DNA from: Terriglobia bacterium
Lineage (GTDB): Bacteria; Acidobacteriota; Terriglobia; JAJPHL01; JAPKYU01
Direction: 5' to 3'
Length of the DNA: 64,000 nucleotides
Assembly: GCA_965206645.1 (NCBI GenBank)
Contig: CBDBKE010000004.1
Location: forward strand, 544,001 to 608,000
The notes under the pieces were generated by a model that did no database searches, was not told the origin of the DNA, and worked only from the letters and a program-made list of their open reading frames with translations. Of the stretch, positions 1-9,186 are shown piece by piece (the stretch's first letter is position 1; each line of letters starts with the position of its first letter). The position numbers and the translations under genes were made by a program.

Positions 1-3000
1 CTTGCGAAGATCGTCAAGGAAAGCATCCACGTCGTCCTGAGATTCGAGGTAGGACGACTTGACGAACTTGCCAGGGGAGACGACCCGCCGGGGCTTGACC
101 ACCGGCTTGTCCTGCTCTTCCTTACCTTCCCCGGCTTTCCTGGCGAGATATTGCTCGACCTGGGTCAATGCCTCGTCTTTCAAGCGCACGGCTTCGGACT
201 CGGCTTGGCCGATATGCGCGAGACTATCGTGGGTTGTAACCCGCTTCGCCAGGTTTTCCAGCGGCGTGAGACATGTTGTTTTGAACGATTCGTCCCCACC
301 CGCTGTCGAGACCTCCGCGCGGACGCTGGCAGTCTGTTCGGCGATTGTTGCAAGCACCTGGACCCGTCGCTCAGAAAGCAGTTCCTCGTTCACTTCGCTT
401 ACCATGCGGATCAGCCCTTCGGCTTCCTTGACCAGTTCGTACGGACTCGGTGCAGCCAGAATTTCGCCCATCCGGCGCAGTGCGGTGCCAGCGGAATCGT
501 CGCGCTCCAACTCCATCTGGTTGAGTCTGAATCTGCTCAATGCCGCGCGAAGCTTGTCCCACATGAGGCGCTGATGTTCGTAGAAGTGCTCGATATCATG
601 GAACCCGTCGGCGAGGTCCAACAGGTCGCTTCTGTGCTCATTTAACCCTGCCAGGAACCTGTTGCTGTCCTCGGGAGCGAGAAGCGCCTTTAAAAGGCTG
701 AGGCCGTCTGCGATATCCCCGGCTCCGGGGTAACTTCCAGTATCCGCCAGGGTATGATACAGGCTCAACTTACCCCTCCAGTCTCCGAGCCTGCCCTTCA
801 GGAACTCGAAGAGGGCTTCTTCGCCCTCCGGCCCCATCTCCGAGAACACGTCCCGGCCGAGTTCCCTGGCCTTCTGCACGTCCTCGGGCCGGGACGTAAC
901 CCGCTGGACGGCAGTGATGTTTCGCCATTTGCGCCGTGACGTGAGCGCTTCGTATAGCTTGCCCTTCGGGATTGCCGCACCGCCTGAGACGAATTGCACT
1001 TCGCCGGCCATGTAGAGCCTGGCCAGCAGAAGAATCACCTCAAACTCAGGCCAGCCATACGGACGATTGGCGTAGCGTGTGGCGATCATGTCAAAAAGTA
1101 CAATCTGTCGGCTGGTCTTCGTGCAAAGCTCGATGTAACTGCGGAGGTCTTCAGTGGCCTGTGGATTGCTCTCGGGCATATCCATCCCGAGGTTGTGTTG
1201 TCCAATATCATTGCTGCGTAGAACGGCCTGGATCTCCTTGAGCGGATCGTCGCGAAGCGTCTTGAGATAGCCCATCTTGTTGAAGGTGTTCTGGATGAGG
1301 TATTCCATCGCCTCACTCAGGGCTGCCTGAGGCGCACTGGCGGCGATCTCCAGCCGCTGTCCCGCCACAAAGTAGCTGGCATCCGTCAGCATCTCGCCAA
1401 GCAGGCGGGTCAGGCGGTCGCGTCGAATGCGATTCTCGTCAGCCAGATCCCTGTGGATCCGTTTCGTGGTGGATAGCAGGGTGCCGTCATCCTTCGTTCG
1501 AATGTATTTGTCCGTCCGTAACAACGCGCGTAGCTCCCGCCCCAGAGTCTCGTCCTCCCGCAGCCGGATGAAAACCTGCCCGCCATCCTGACTGCTTTCC
1601 AGCACGCACTTGCCGTCCTGATAAGACTCGTAGTCATCGTCCAGCGGCGTCATAATCGAGACGATGAGCCCACCCTCGGTACGATTGCCGACCGGATGCT
1701 CGTCGCAAATACGATTGAAGCTGAAATCCATCTTGTTGGCGCTGAAGCGATGTTTGCGCTGACCTTTCAGCACATCGTCGAAGACGAGGTCGCCCAGAAG
1801 CTTGGCCTCCTCCGCACTGCTCAGTTCGACATTCTTGACTTCGCGATTAATGTCGCGCTCTTCGCTGGTCAGGAAGAAGTAAGTGTCGCCGCTACGGTTA
1901 ACGAGTGTTTCCCGCTCCAGCCGCTGAAGACTAGCTTCGATGATTTTTCGTAGAGCGAGGCGGTCTGCGTCGATCTGATCAAGGCACAGGGTGACGAGGT
2001 TATCGACATTGCCTTTGACTTCATCGACATAGCGGATGAGAAAGAGCACTTCGAGTAGCCGGGTGTCAAAGTCTTCCAGACTCGCATTGTCGCTGGCCTG
2101 GTCAATGGTGCGTTTGACGGTTGTGTCGAGGAAGCTCTCAATGGAAGGGTAAAAGCGATACAGCGGAACCAGGATGCCCACTTCCCTGTCGGACACGGAC
2201 TGCCCCGCATGCTGGAAGGCGTCCAGCAATGAGCGCTCACCTTGCGCCAGATGGAGCCCGGTGGCCCCCGCCTTGCGGATCGACTCGAAAATCTTCTGGA
2301 GCAGCTTGAACTGATAGGGTGCAAAGGGGTAATTCCGCACGAAATCATCCGCATCCCTGAACTGTGGGAAGGTCGTACCAACATCCTTGAAGGACAGTTG
2401 ATTCTTAAGGATGTCACTCTGCCTGACGTACTCCGTTTCCAGATCGGCCCGTACTTCTTCCCGTTTGGCAAGCAGGCGTTTCTGAATGACCTCATCTACA
2501 TTGGCGCTGGACAGCGACAGGCGGGTGCGGAACCGACCCTGGATTTTGGAAAAGTCGTTGGCACGGGTTCCCTGCATCTCACCGAGCACCGCATCGATGT
2601 CCTCCTGCGATGTGACGACGACCCAAGCCCGGCCCATGCAGACGGTGCCCAGTTCTTCGGTGATGGTTTGCAGATTGAGCATCAGGTGGGGATCGGTGCC
2701 GATGAACTGCCCAACCTCGTCAACGAGAAAGACGATGCGGTGGTCCTCTCCCATGCCGTCAAGATATTCTTGGACCCATTTGCAGAAGTTCTCGATGGTC
2801 AGGGCGAAGTTGCCCTCGGCGCCGTCAATCCATTTCTCGCAGGATTGTTCACTCTGGCCGAGGGTATGGGCCAGTGCCTTGATAACCTCGTCCCGATTGA
2901 ACGCGTAGGCGTCGCGTTCTTCGGTCCAGTGGGTGCCGGTCAGTGTCCGATAGGCATCGTGAAAGACCCCAAGCTTGCTCTTGCCTTCGAGATAACGCTC

Positions 3001-3525
3001 CATGTGGGCGATATGTGGGTGATCGCTACTGTAGCCCGCCAACTCGTTCAGCACTTTGAGGAACACCGCCATGATGGCATCGCGACCGGCCCTGTTGTCC
3101 GCCTTGCTGTCGATATTGAACAGAATGACATCGGTATGGGATGCGACCGCGCGCTTGATGTCTCCGAGCAGCATTGCATCCTTGATTTTTGTATCGAAGA
3201 ACTCGACGGCCCGCCGGGTCTGGCCATCATGCGTATGGTTCACGTTATTAAGCAGGCAGGACAGAACTTTGAGGAAATGGGATTTGCCGGAACCAAAAAA
3301 ACCCGAGACCCAGACCCCGATCCTTCCTGTAACATCCGGGTCCCCGGTCTTATCCATCGCTTCGCAGTAGCCGGAAAAGAAGCGCCGAAGGTGTTGATCC
3401 AGTTCCTTCGTGACGACGAACTCCTCCAACTCTTGCCAGACCGATGATTCGTCCAGCTGATCGGCTTTCACGACGCCATTGATGGGCCGGAAAATGTCCT
3501 TTTGGAATAGGTTCTGAATACGCAT
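1..3525 (-). CDS. brxC: BREX system P-loop ATPase BrxC (C-terminal end runs just off the window)
   Basis: Not in the ORF track because the stop is outside the window. Manual translation from ATG 3525: MRIQNLFQKDIFRPINGVVKADQLDE...GVWVSGFFGSGKSHFLK (Walker A). The same frame at the left edge reads YLESQDDVDAFLDDLRK, typical of the BrxC C-terminus. About 1175 codons; follows brxA/brxB. Confidence 0.93.
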   Translation of the reverse strand, partial: MRIQNLFQKDIFRPINGVVKADQLDESSVWQELEEFVVTKELDQHLRRFFSGYCEAMDKTGDPDVTGRIGVWVSGFFGSGKSHFLKVLSCLLNNVNHTHDGQTRRAVEFFDTKIKDAMLLGDIKRAVASHTDVILFNIDSKADNRAGRDAIMAVFLKVLNELAGYSSDHPHIAHMERYLEGKSKLGVFHDAYRTLTGTHWTEERDAYAFNRDEVIKALAHTLGQSEQSCEKWIDGAEGNFALTIENFCKWVQEYLDGMGEDHRIVFLVDEVGQFIGTDPHLMLNLQTITEELGTVCMGRAWVVVTSQEDIDAVLGEMQGTRANDFSKIQGRFRTRLSLSSANVDEVIQKRLLAKREEVRADLETEYVRQSDILKNQLSFKDVGTTFPQFRDADDFVRNYPFAPYQFKLLQKIFESIRKAGATGLHLAQGERSLLDAFQHAGQSVSDREVGILVPLYRFYPSIESFLDTTVKRTIDQASDNASLEDFDTRLLEVLFLIRYVDEVKGNVDNLVTLCLDQIDADRLALRKIIEASLQRLERETLVNRSGDTYFFLTSEERDINREVKNVELSSAEEAKLLGDLVFDDVLKGQRKHRFSANKMDFSFNRICDEHPVGNRTEGGLIVSIMTPLDDDYESYQDGKCVLESSQDGGQVFIRLREDETLGRELRALLRTDKYIRTKDDGTLLSTTKRIHRDLADENRIRRDRLTRLLGEMLTDASYFVAGQRLEIAASAPQAALSEAMEYLIQNTFNKMGYLKTLRDDPLKEIQAVLRSNDIGQHNLGMDMPESNPQATEDLRSYIELCTKTSRQIVLFDMIATRYANRPYGWPEFEVILLLARLYMAGEVQFVSGGAAIPKGKLYEALTSRRKWRNITAVQRVTSRPEDVQKARELGRDVFSEMGPEGEEALFEFLKGRLGDWRGKLSLYHTLADTGSYPGAGDIADGLSLLKALLAPEDSNRFLAGLNEHRSDLLDLADGFHDIEHFYEHQRLMWDKLRAALSRFRLNQMELERDDSAGTALRRMGEILAAPSPYELVKEAEGLIRMVSEVNEELLSERRVQVLATIAEQTASVRAEVSTAGGDESFKTTCLTPLENLAKRVTTHDSLAHIGQAESEAVRLKDEALTQVEQYLARKAGEGKEEQDKPVVKPRRVVSPGKFVKSSYLESQDDVDAFLDDLRK

Positions 3526-3538
3526 CAATTCTCCCGCT

Positions 3539-4147
3539 TTAATCAATCAGCCTGAAGGCCCGATAGTAGTTTGTTTGCTTCTTGCGTTCCTCAGCGGAAC
3601 CACCGGCCAGGCCGGTCTTGCCAAAGAGCCGTAATGTCTGCGTGTCATATCTGCCGGGGTAGAACATAACCAGGGGCGTCTGCCCCATGATGGCGTGCAG
3701 ATTGCTGAGCAAGGTATGCGATCGGAGTAGCGGATACGCACTGCCGATCCCGGATATCAAAACGAGGTCCTGCTCTGCGGGCTTTGTGATGTCGGCAAAA
3801 CGTTGAGCGATCTTTTCCTCATGCATGATGCCCTTCAATGCCTTGAGGAGCGCATCGTTGCCTTTCTCGCGCTGCAACCGGAACGACTTCTCCAGCAGGT
3901 TGCGCTCCTTGAGGTAATGGATCAGGAAGTCAAAGAGGTTGATGTGGGCCACCCGCATACCGGGCCTGTTCTTCGGCAGGTGATCCACGAGGAACTGGAT
4001 GTGGTCGCGGACGCGCAACTCATCCTCTGGCTCATAATCGAAGATGTAGAAAGCGATCTCATTGCCAATGCCATGGGCTTTGAGGAAACCATCCGATCTG
4101 AGCTTCGGAAGTATTTGGTTGAGGCGCAAGGTCAGCGAGTCACTCAT
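3539..4147 (-). CDS. brxB: BREX protein BrxB (DUF1788)
   Basis: GIGNEIAFYIFDYEPEDE...GIGSAYPLLRSHTLLSNLH...PLVMFYPGRYD...NYYRAFRL motifs; lies between brxA and brxC. Confidence 0.93.
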   Translation of the reverse strand: MSDSLTLRLNQILPKLRSDGFLKAHGIGNEIAFYIFDYEPEDELRVRDHIQFLVDHLPKNRPGMRVAHINLFDFLIHYLKERNLLEKSFRLQREKGNDALLKALKGIMHEEKIAQRFADITKPAEQDLVLISGIGSAYPLLRSHTLLSNLHAIMGQTPLVMFYPGRYDTQTLRLFGKTGLAGGSAEERKKQTNYYRAFRLID

Positions 4148-4758
4148 GGTCGAACCTCAATGCAGCGGAGCACGTACTTTTCGTCCTGCTCATGCAGGTA
4201 GTTCAGCACTTCCCTGGCAACATGAACCGTTTGCAGCTTGAGGGTTCGTGCGTTCTCGACGTAGCCGGCCTGCGCAAGGATCGCGAAGACAGTCGAACGT
4301 AAGCGCGCTACTGTCGATGCACTCCAGTCCGACATGCCCGGATCACGATTGCGACAATCCTCAATGAAGTGCTCCCAAATTGGGTTGGAGAGGGCCGGAC
4401 GGAATAATCGGTACTGCTCACGCACCGCAATATCCAGAAAGTCACCGAGTGAAGGACTATGTTTCACGGCAGCGGCGAGGCAGGCGTGCGTTGCAAGCGG
4501 GACCGAACCATCACGGACCATTTCCCAAAGCGCGGGCTGCATTAATTCAAGACGGGCACGGAGCAGTTGGCCCAACCGCACGGCTGTTTCCGGGCTTTGG
4601 ATCTGGAGAACGTTCTTCTCCACCAGTTCAGTGCGCCAGTCGTGGGCGTTAACACCCTGCAACAAAAGGTCTGCGATAGTTCGGCTCGCGGCGACTTTCA
4701 GGGAACTCGCCGCGATAGTTGCTCGATAGCGTACGGCGTCGTGTGGGTTCCTGTCCAT
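4144..4758 (-). CDS. brxA: BREX protein BrxA (DUF1819)
   Basis: YRATIAASSLK...SRTIADLLL...NVLQ...WSASTVARLRS...ILAQAGY; 4-nt overlap with brxB. Start taken as ATG 4758 (the ORF extends to 4875). Confidence 0.88.
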   Translation of the reverse strand: MDRNPHDAVRYRATIAASSLKVAASRTIADLLLQGVNAHDWRTELVEKNVLQIQSPETAVRLGQLLRARLELMQPALWEMVRDGSVPLATHACLAAAVKHSPSLGDFLDIAVREQYRLFRPALSNPIWEHFIEDCRNRDPGMSDWSASTVARLRSTVFAILAQAGYVENARTLKLQTVHVAREVLNYLHEQDEKYVLRCIEVRP

Positions 4759-4862
4759 ACGTCGAATATTTGTCGCCTCTTCCCTGAGGTATGAAGATCC
4801 GACTGGTTGCGTTCCCTGAGTCATTCCATACCTCAGTGTCTTTACATTGAGGCCATAGCCGC

Positions 4863-6110
4863 CTATCGTGTCCACAGTTCGTTCAGCGGCACGGCGAGCA
4901 TGCGTTTGTCGCCCAAGGGCAAGAGGTCCCGGCCAGCATAGAGCAGGATACCGCGCTGGAAATCCTTACCGCAGCGATCCGCCAGCCGCGCGAGCCCTTG
5001 ACCGTCCTTGTGCTTCAACGAGGCAGCAGCCTTGACTTCGACACCCCAGGTCTTCCGGCCCCGTGTTATGACGATGTCGACCTCAACCTGATCCTTATCG
5101 CGGTAATGCCAGAAACGCAGGTCCCCGTCCGTCCAAGCTGCCTGGGCGATCAACTGCTGAACCACGAACGACTCCAGCAGATGCCCCATGCGATCCCGCC
5201 GGTCGAGCCAGTCGGCAGACGTCAGGTCGGCGAGAGCCGCCCCGAGACCGCTGTCCAGCAGATGCACCTTTGGCGATTTGACAAGCCGTTTCGCGGTGTT
5301 GCGGTGCCAGGCGGGCAGGCGTCTCACCAAGAAGAGCCGTTCGAGCACGGCCAGGTAGTGGTCCACGGTCTCCCGGTGCAAGCCGAGGTCGTTTGCAAGA
5401 GCGCTTGCGTTCACCAACTGCGCGCTCCGCAAGGCGAGCAATTCCAGGAGGTGGGCTAGTTCGCGCGCGCCTTTCACCCTCGCAACATCCTGAACGTCAC
5501 GCTCGACGATGCCGCGCAGATATTGCCGGTGCCATTGTCGGGCGCGGCGCGGCGCGCGGTCGAGGGGTTCGGGATAGCCACCTGCCACCAGCCTTACAGC
5601 TAGTCCCGGTTCGGACCTGCCGGTTCCTCCCGTGATGTTGGGCTTGAGAGAACCTTCCAGCAGAGCGCTCAGGAACCGGCCAGGCTTGCGTTCCTTTTCC
5701 GCTTCCGTGAGCGGCTGCAACTGCACGATCTCCATGCGTCCCGCCAGAGATTCGGTGACTTTCGGCACGAACAATAGATTGGCCGATCCAGTTAGCAGAA
5801 AACGGCCGGGGCGGCGATCCCGATCTACGGCGCGTTTGATGGAGGGAAGCAGCGCTGGAGCCCGTTGAACCTCGTCCAGGGTTACGGCATCGGGCAGGCT
5901 CGCGATAAAGCCCTCAGGATCCTCGACTGCCGTTCGATGGTAGTTATTCTCGTCCAGGCTGATATAGGCGCGATCCGGTGCCAATTGCTGAACGAGCGTG
6001 GTCTTGCCCGTTTGCCGAGGCCCAAGCACGCAGACCACCGGCGTATCGGCTAACGCTTCTCGGATGACTGGAGCCAGTAAACGGGGGAACAGGAATTTAT
6101 CACCGTCCAT
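4863..6110 (-). CDS. AAA+ ATPase with DUF4143 domain (AAA_14 + wHTH + C-terminal PD-(D/E)xK-like domain)
   Basis: GPRQTGKT Walker A, LDEVQRAP Walker B, LTGSA, ESLAGR, YRDKDQVEVD..GVEVK; start ATG 6110 sits just after a consensus promoter. Confidence 0.9.
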   Translation of the reverse strand: MDGDKFLFPRLLAPVIREALADTPVVCVLGPRQTGKTTLVQQLAPDRAYISLDENNYHRTAVEDPEGFIASLPDAVTLDEVQRAPALLPSIKRAVDRDRRPGRFLLTGSANLLFVPKVTESLAGRMEIVQLQPLTEAEKERKPGRFLSALLEGSLKPNITGGTGRSEPGLAVRLVAGGYPEPLDRAPRRARQWHRQYLRGIVERDVQDVARVKGARELAHLLELLALRSAQLVNASALANDLGLHRETVDHYLAVLERLFLVRRLPAWHRNTAKRLVKSPKVHLLDSGLGAALADLTSADWLDRRDRMGHLLESFVVQQLIAQAAWTDGDLRFWHYRDKDQVEVDIVITRGRKTWGVEVKAAASLKHKDGQGLARLADRCGKDFQRGILLYAGRDLLPLGDKRMLAVPLNELWTR

Positions 6111-6159
6111 ATGTCGATCATTATACCGTCTAATGGATGTTCTGTAAACCGTCCAAATG
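6102..6159 (-). promoter_or_regulatory. Sigma70 promoter overlaid by three 23-bp-phased direct repeats
   Basis: Minus strand TTTACA (6148-6143), 17 bp, TATAAT (6125-6120), 9 nt before the ATG. Plus strand ACCGTCCATATG / ACCGTCTAATG / ACCGTCCAAATG start at 6102, 6125 and 6148. Confidence 0.7.
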
Positions 6160-6193
6160 CTGGAATATTGAGACTGCAGTGTGTGGCGCACAC

Positions 6194-6600
6194 GGCGCTG
6201 TTGCACGATTCAATCCCGGCGTGAGGGGGCTGCTTTCCCAATCCCTCGTTCACGACACCACGGCATAGGATTTCGGCCTACCGAGCTCGGCCATCCGGTT
6301 GAGGATGTGACACCCGATCGCGATCTTTCTCCGTTGCCCCTTGTTGTGCATTGCCTTCAGGCCGCCTCCGAACACGGACTTGTATCGGAAGAACCAGTTC
6401 TCCACGCGTGCCTGCTGTCGGTAGCCCGACTCCTTCTGCCACGCTCGTCGCCCAACCTTGCGAACTCTCTGAAGAGCCGCTTCACGCTGCGTCCGTGGAC
6501 CTCAGCGACACCGCAGAGCGACGAGGGGGATCACAATCACGACGTCCTCTGTACCGGCCGCGCTGGCCCGACCGTAGACCGACCTGTGGTCGTAGGCCTA
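6194..6600 (-). pseudogene. IS5-family (IS903 group) transposase C-terminal remnant with terminal IR
   Basis: Minus frame ...RKVGRRAWQKESGYRQQARVENWFFRYKSVFGGGL...HILNRMAELGRPKSYAVVS* (stop 6250-6252); GGCGCTGTTGCA end motif at 6194. Confidence 0.75.
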
Positions 6601-6834
6601 GTCGCCGTGAAACGCCGGATGGGAACTTCGATCGGGTCGAGAAGATCAGGGAGTCGTACCAGCTGTTCGCTGTGAGTTCGGCCGCCACAATGAACCCCTC
6701 GGCAGCCACTCCGATGGGCAGCTTCCGCCTACCCCGGCGTTTCTTCGACGCCGTGTGCTTGCGCGCGTTCCATTCGCCGCAACCTAAAGTCTTGAACTCT
6801 GTGGAATCAACGAGCTGATCGAGTCGGGCAAGGT

Positions 6835-7083
6835 GCTGGCCCGCTCAAAGATAGTTCCTGCCATCGGGGAAATCATGCGTCCACAGTAATCGCACCCCCA
6901 TGCCGGACGCTCAGTCACGCGATAGTGCTCTCGGTCCTCATTGCACTTCTCGCAGCACGTGATTCCTCCGGGGAACCGCTTCTCTTTGATGCATTGTAGG
7001 CAAGATTCATTGTCTGGAAAGTTTCTGTTAAACCCATCAAGGGTAAAGCACAAGTGCCTTGAAATGCTCTGGCTTCTGTTCAT
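6835..7083 (-). pseudogene. IS1595-family transposase N-terminal Zn-ribbon fragment
   Basis: FNRNFPDNESCLQCI...CEKC...WGCDYCGRMISPMAGTIFE; truncated, no DDE domain. Confidence 0.75.
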
Positions 7084-7472
7084 GCCTACCACTCCATAGG
7101 GACAGAGTAGCAGATTCCGTACTTGTCTAAATGGTTTGCAGAGGCAAAGAAGAAGATAGAAAGCGGTCACTACAGCTCCGCTGTGGACTCCGAAGCAGAA
7201 GGTGGTGGTTAGGGAAGGTATATCCCCGGGCTCGACAAAGCGCGTCCTTAGGACGAGGCGGGCTATTGCAGATCGAAAACCATTACCGCAACAACGTGCT
7301 GCGCAGCCCGTAGAGCATGACCGTGGCAGCAACGACTGTCAAGAAACTGTCACAAAACTCGCCCATCAAGAGGGCTAGGCGTAGGCGTTGCGAGCGAAAG
7401 CAGACGCCCCAAAACCGTGTAAGGGCAACGAAAGGAAAGAGTTGGGAGAAAACCGTGGAAGCCGCCAGCCTT

Positions 7473-7518
7473 CCTTCTAAGCAGAGGGTCGCAGGTTCGA
7501 GTCCTGCCGGGCGCGCCA
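7473..7518 (+). repeat. 3' half of tRNA-Arg(UCU), att-site copy 1
   Basis: CCTTCTAAGCAGAGGGTCGCAGGTTCGAGTCCTGCCGGGCGCGCCA: anticodon loop, T-arm and CCA present; no 5' half upstream. Confidence 0.85.
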
Positions 7519-7806
7519 TTTCTTTCCAGAATCTGCGCATTACCTTGTTCGTCGACCAATTCTTGGCCAATTCTCGCCTCTCCGAGTGACCGGTCCTCCG
7601 CCACATGTAGCTGACTGAAGTACTCGCCGCCCATTCGCCTTCCCTTCCGCGCCGCCCGATGGCACTGTTGTGTCGCTGATGCCGAAACCCAAGCGCCCCA
7701 CTCGCCCCATCGCCGTCTATGTCGGAGTCACTGAAGAAGAAATGACCCGCCTCGGGAGGAACCGAGCCGTCTCGATGTCTGACCACCCCACGCCGCTCGC
7801 GCGTGG

Positions 7807-8865
7807 TCAGGCGTCGCCGCGGAGCAGCTGCTGCTGCCACGGCAGCAGCGTGTCCTTGCCGTCATCGCCCTTGACGGCGATGTGTTCGAGCGCCGCCCGC
7901 GGAGCGATCAGGTCCGCGTCGATGGCCAGTGCTGCCGCAGCCCGATCCCGCCGTTGCTTGAGCGCGGCGACACGCTTCTCCTGGTCTCTTGTGCAGCGTT
8001 TACGTGTCTTGGCCGGGACACGGCCCGGCCATCCAGATCGGTCGAGCCTCAGTGCGTCGTCCACGGCCCACTCGAAACCCGCGCGACGGGCGCTGCGCAT
8101 GCTGCGGGACGATACCGCCTCACCCCGATCGAGACGCCGCGTGGCGTCGACGAGATCCTCGTTCGACAAGATGTGAAACGGGGGGCGGTCGACGGTGCGA
8201 GCCTCGTCCTCGCGCCAATGCCACAGAGCGCGCAATACGGCCCTCGCGCGCGGCCCGAGCGTGTGGCTGCCGCGCATGCGCCACTCGGTCTGCGGGTCGT
8301 GCTCGCGAACAACGCGCGCGGCGGCCACCGCTTGCTGACACGATTGCTCCAGCCACGCGAGGCGCCCGAGATCTTCGAGCCGCCGCTCAAGCAGCTCCGC
8401 GAGCGGCAATAGAAAGTGGGTGTCGTTGCGCGCGTACTGGGCTAACTTGGGCGCCAGCGGTCGGCGAGCCCAGTTGGCCTTCTGCGAGCCCTTGGGCAGG
8501 GTGATGTCGAAGTGCTCGGCGACCAGCGCGGAGTAACCGAACTTGGCGACGCCGGTGAGCCGCGCTGCGATCACAGTGTCGAAGAGCTTGCCCGGTGCGT
8601 CGAGACCGAGTCGATACAACATACGCAGGTCGAAGTCGGCGCCGTGCAAGACGATCTCGGTTCGCGACAGCGCGTCCAACAACGGCGACAGATCGAGCTC
8701 GGCCAGCGGGTCGACGAGCTCATCGGTGTCGGGGAGCCCGACTTGAACCAGGCAGACCTTCTCGCGATAGCAGTGCAGGCTGTCGGCCTCGGTGTCGACG
8801 CCGAGGCGGGCCGTCTCGGCGATTCGCGCGACAAGCTCGGCCAGCGCTATCGAGGTCTCAATCAC
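7807..8865 (-). CDS. rnd: Ribonuclease D (DEDDy 3'-5' exonuclease + HRDC)
   Basis: GVDTEADSLHCY, LHGADFDLR, FDTVIAA, KANWARRPL..YARNDTHFL, HRDC WREDEARTVDRPPFHIL. Confidence 0.9.
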   Translation of the reverse strand: MIETSIALAELVARIAETARLGVDTEADSLHCYREKVCLVQVGLPDTDELVDPLAELDLSPLLDALSRTEIVLHGADFDLRMLYRLGLDAPGKLFDTVIAARLTGVAKFGYSALVAEHFDITLPKGSQKANWARRPLAPKLAQYARNDTHFLLPLAELLERRLEDLGRLAWLEQSCQQAVAAARVVREHDPQTEWRMRGSHTLGPRARAVLRALWHWREDEARTVDRPPFHILSNEDLVDATRRLDRGEAVSSRSMRSARRAGFEWAVDDALRLDRSGWPGRVPAKTRKRCTRDQEKRVAALKQRRDRAAAALAIDADLIAPRAALEHIAVKGDDGKDTLLPWQQQLLRGDA

Positions 8866-9085
8866 GGCGCGGAACCCTTGTGCCTACCGGAAATCTCGTC
8901 CACGTTATGGCGTAGGCGCGATTGCCGATGAATCGCATCACCGCGTCGATGACCATCGGGTCGAGCATCGCACGGCCATCCACCTGGCGTCGGCTGAGTC
9001 CGGCTGTTCGCCTGTCTTCAGAGAATCTCGACTAAGAGGCTCTCACAAAACCTCGCGCACACGCGACTCGTCAAACTGATGGGGA

Positions 9086-9117
9086 GGTCGCAGGCTCGAA
9101 TCCTGCCGGGCGCGCCA
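9086..9117 (+). repeat. Degenerate tRNA-Arg 3' end, att-site copy 2
   Basis: GGTCGCAGGCTCGAATCCTGCCGGGCGCGCCA; 2 mismatches to copy 1. Confidence 0.8.
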
Positions 9118-9186
9118 ATACTCGTGTAGTTGGCCGCCAGGGGAATCGGAAAACGGACATCGATGGCGGCGACGTGGGCGACATCG

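Noticed and set aside
59-3447. Plus-strand ORFs such as 2242-3447 (401 aa)
   Set aside because: Antisense shadows of brxC, which is missing from the track only because its stop lies outside the window.
6784-7332. 182-aa ORF as a real gene
   Set aside because: Only the 7083-6835 part resembles an IS1595 N-terminus; the rest is read-through of non-coding DNA.
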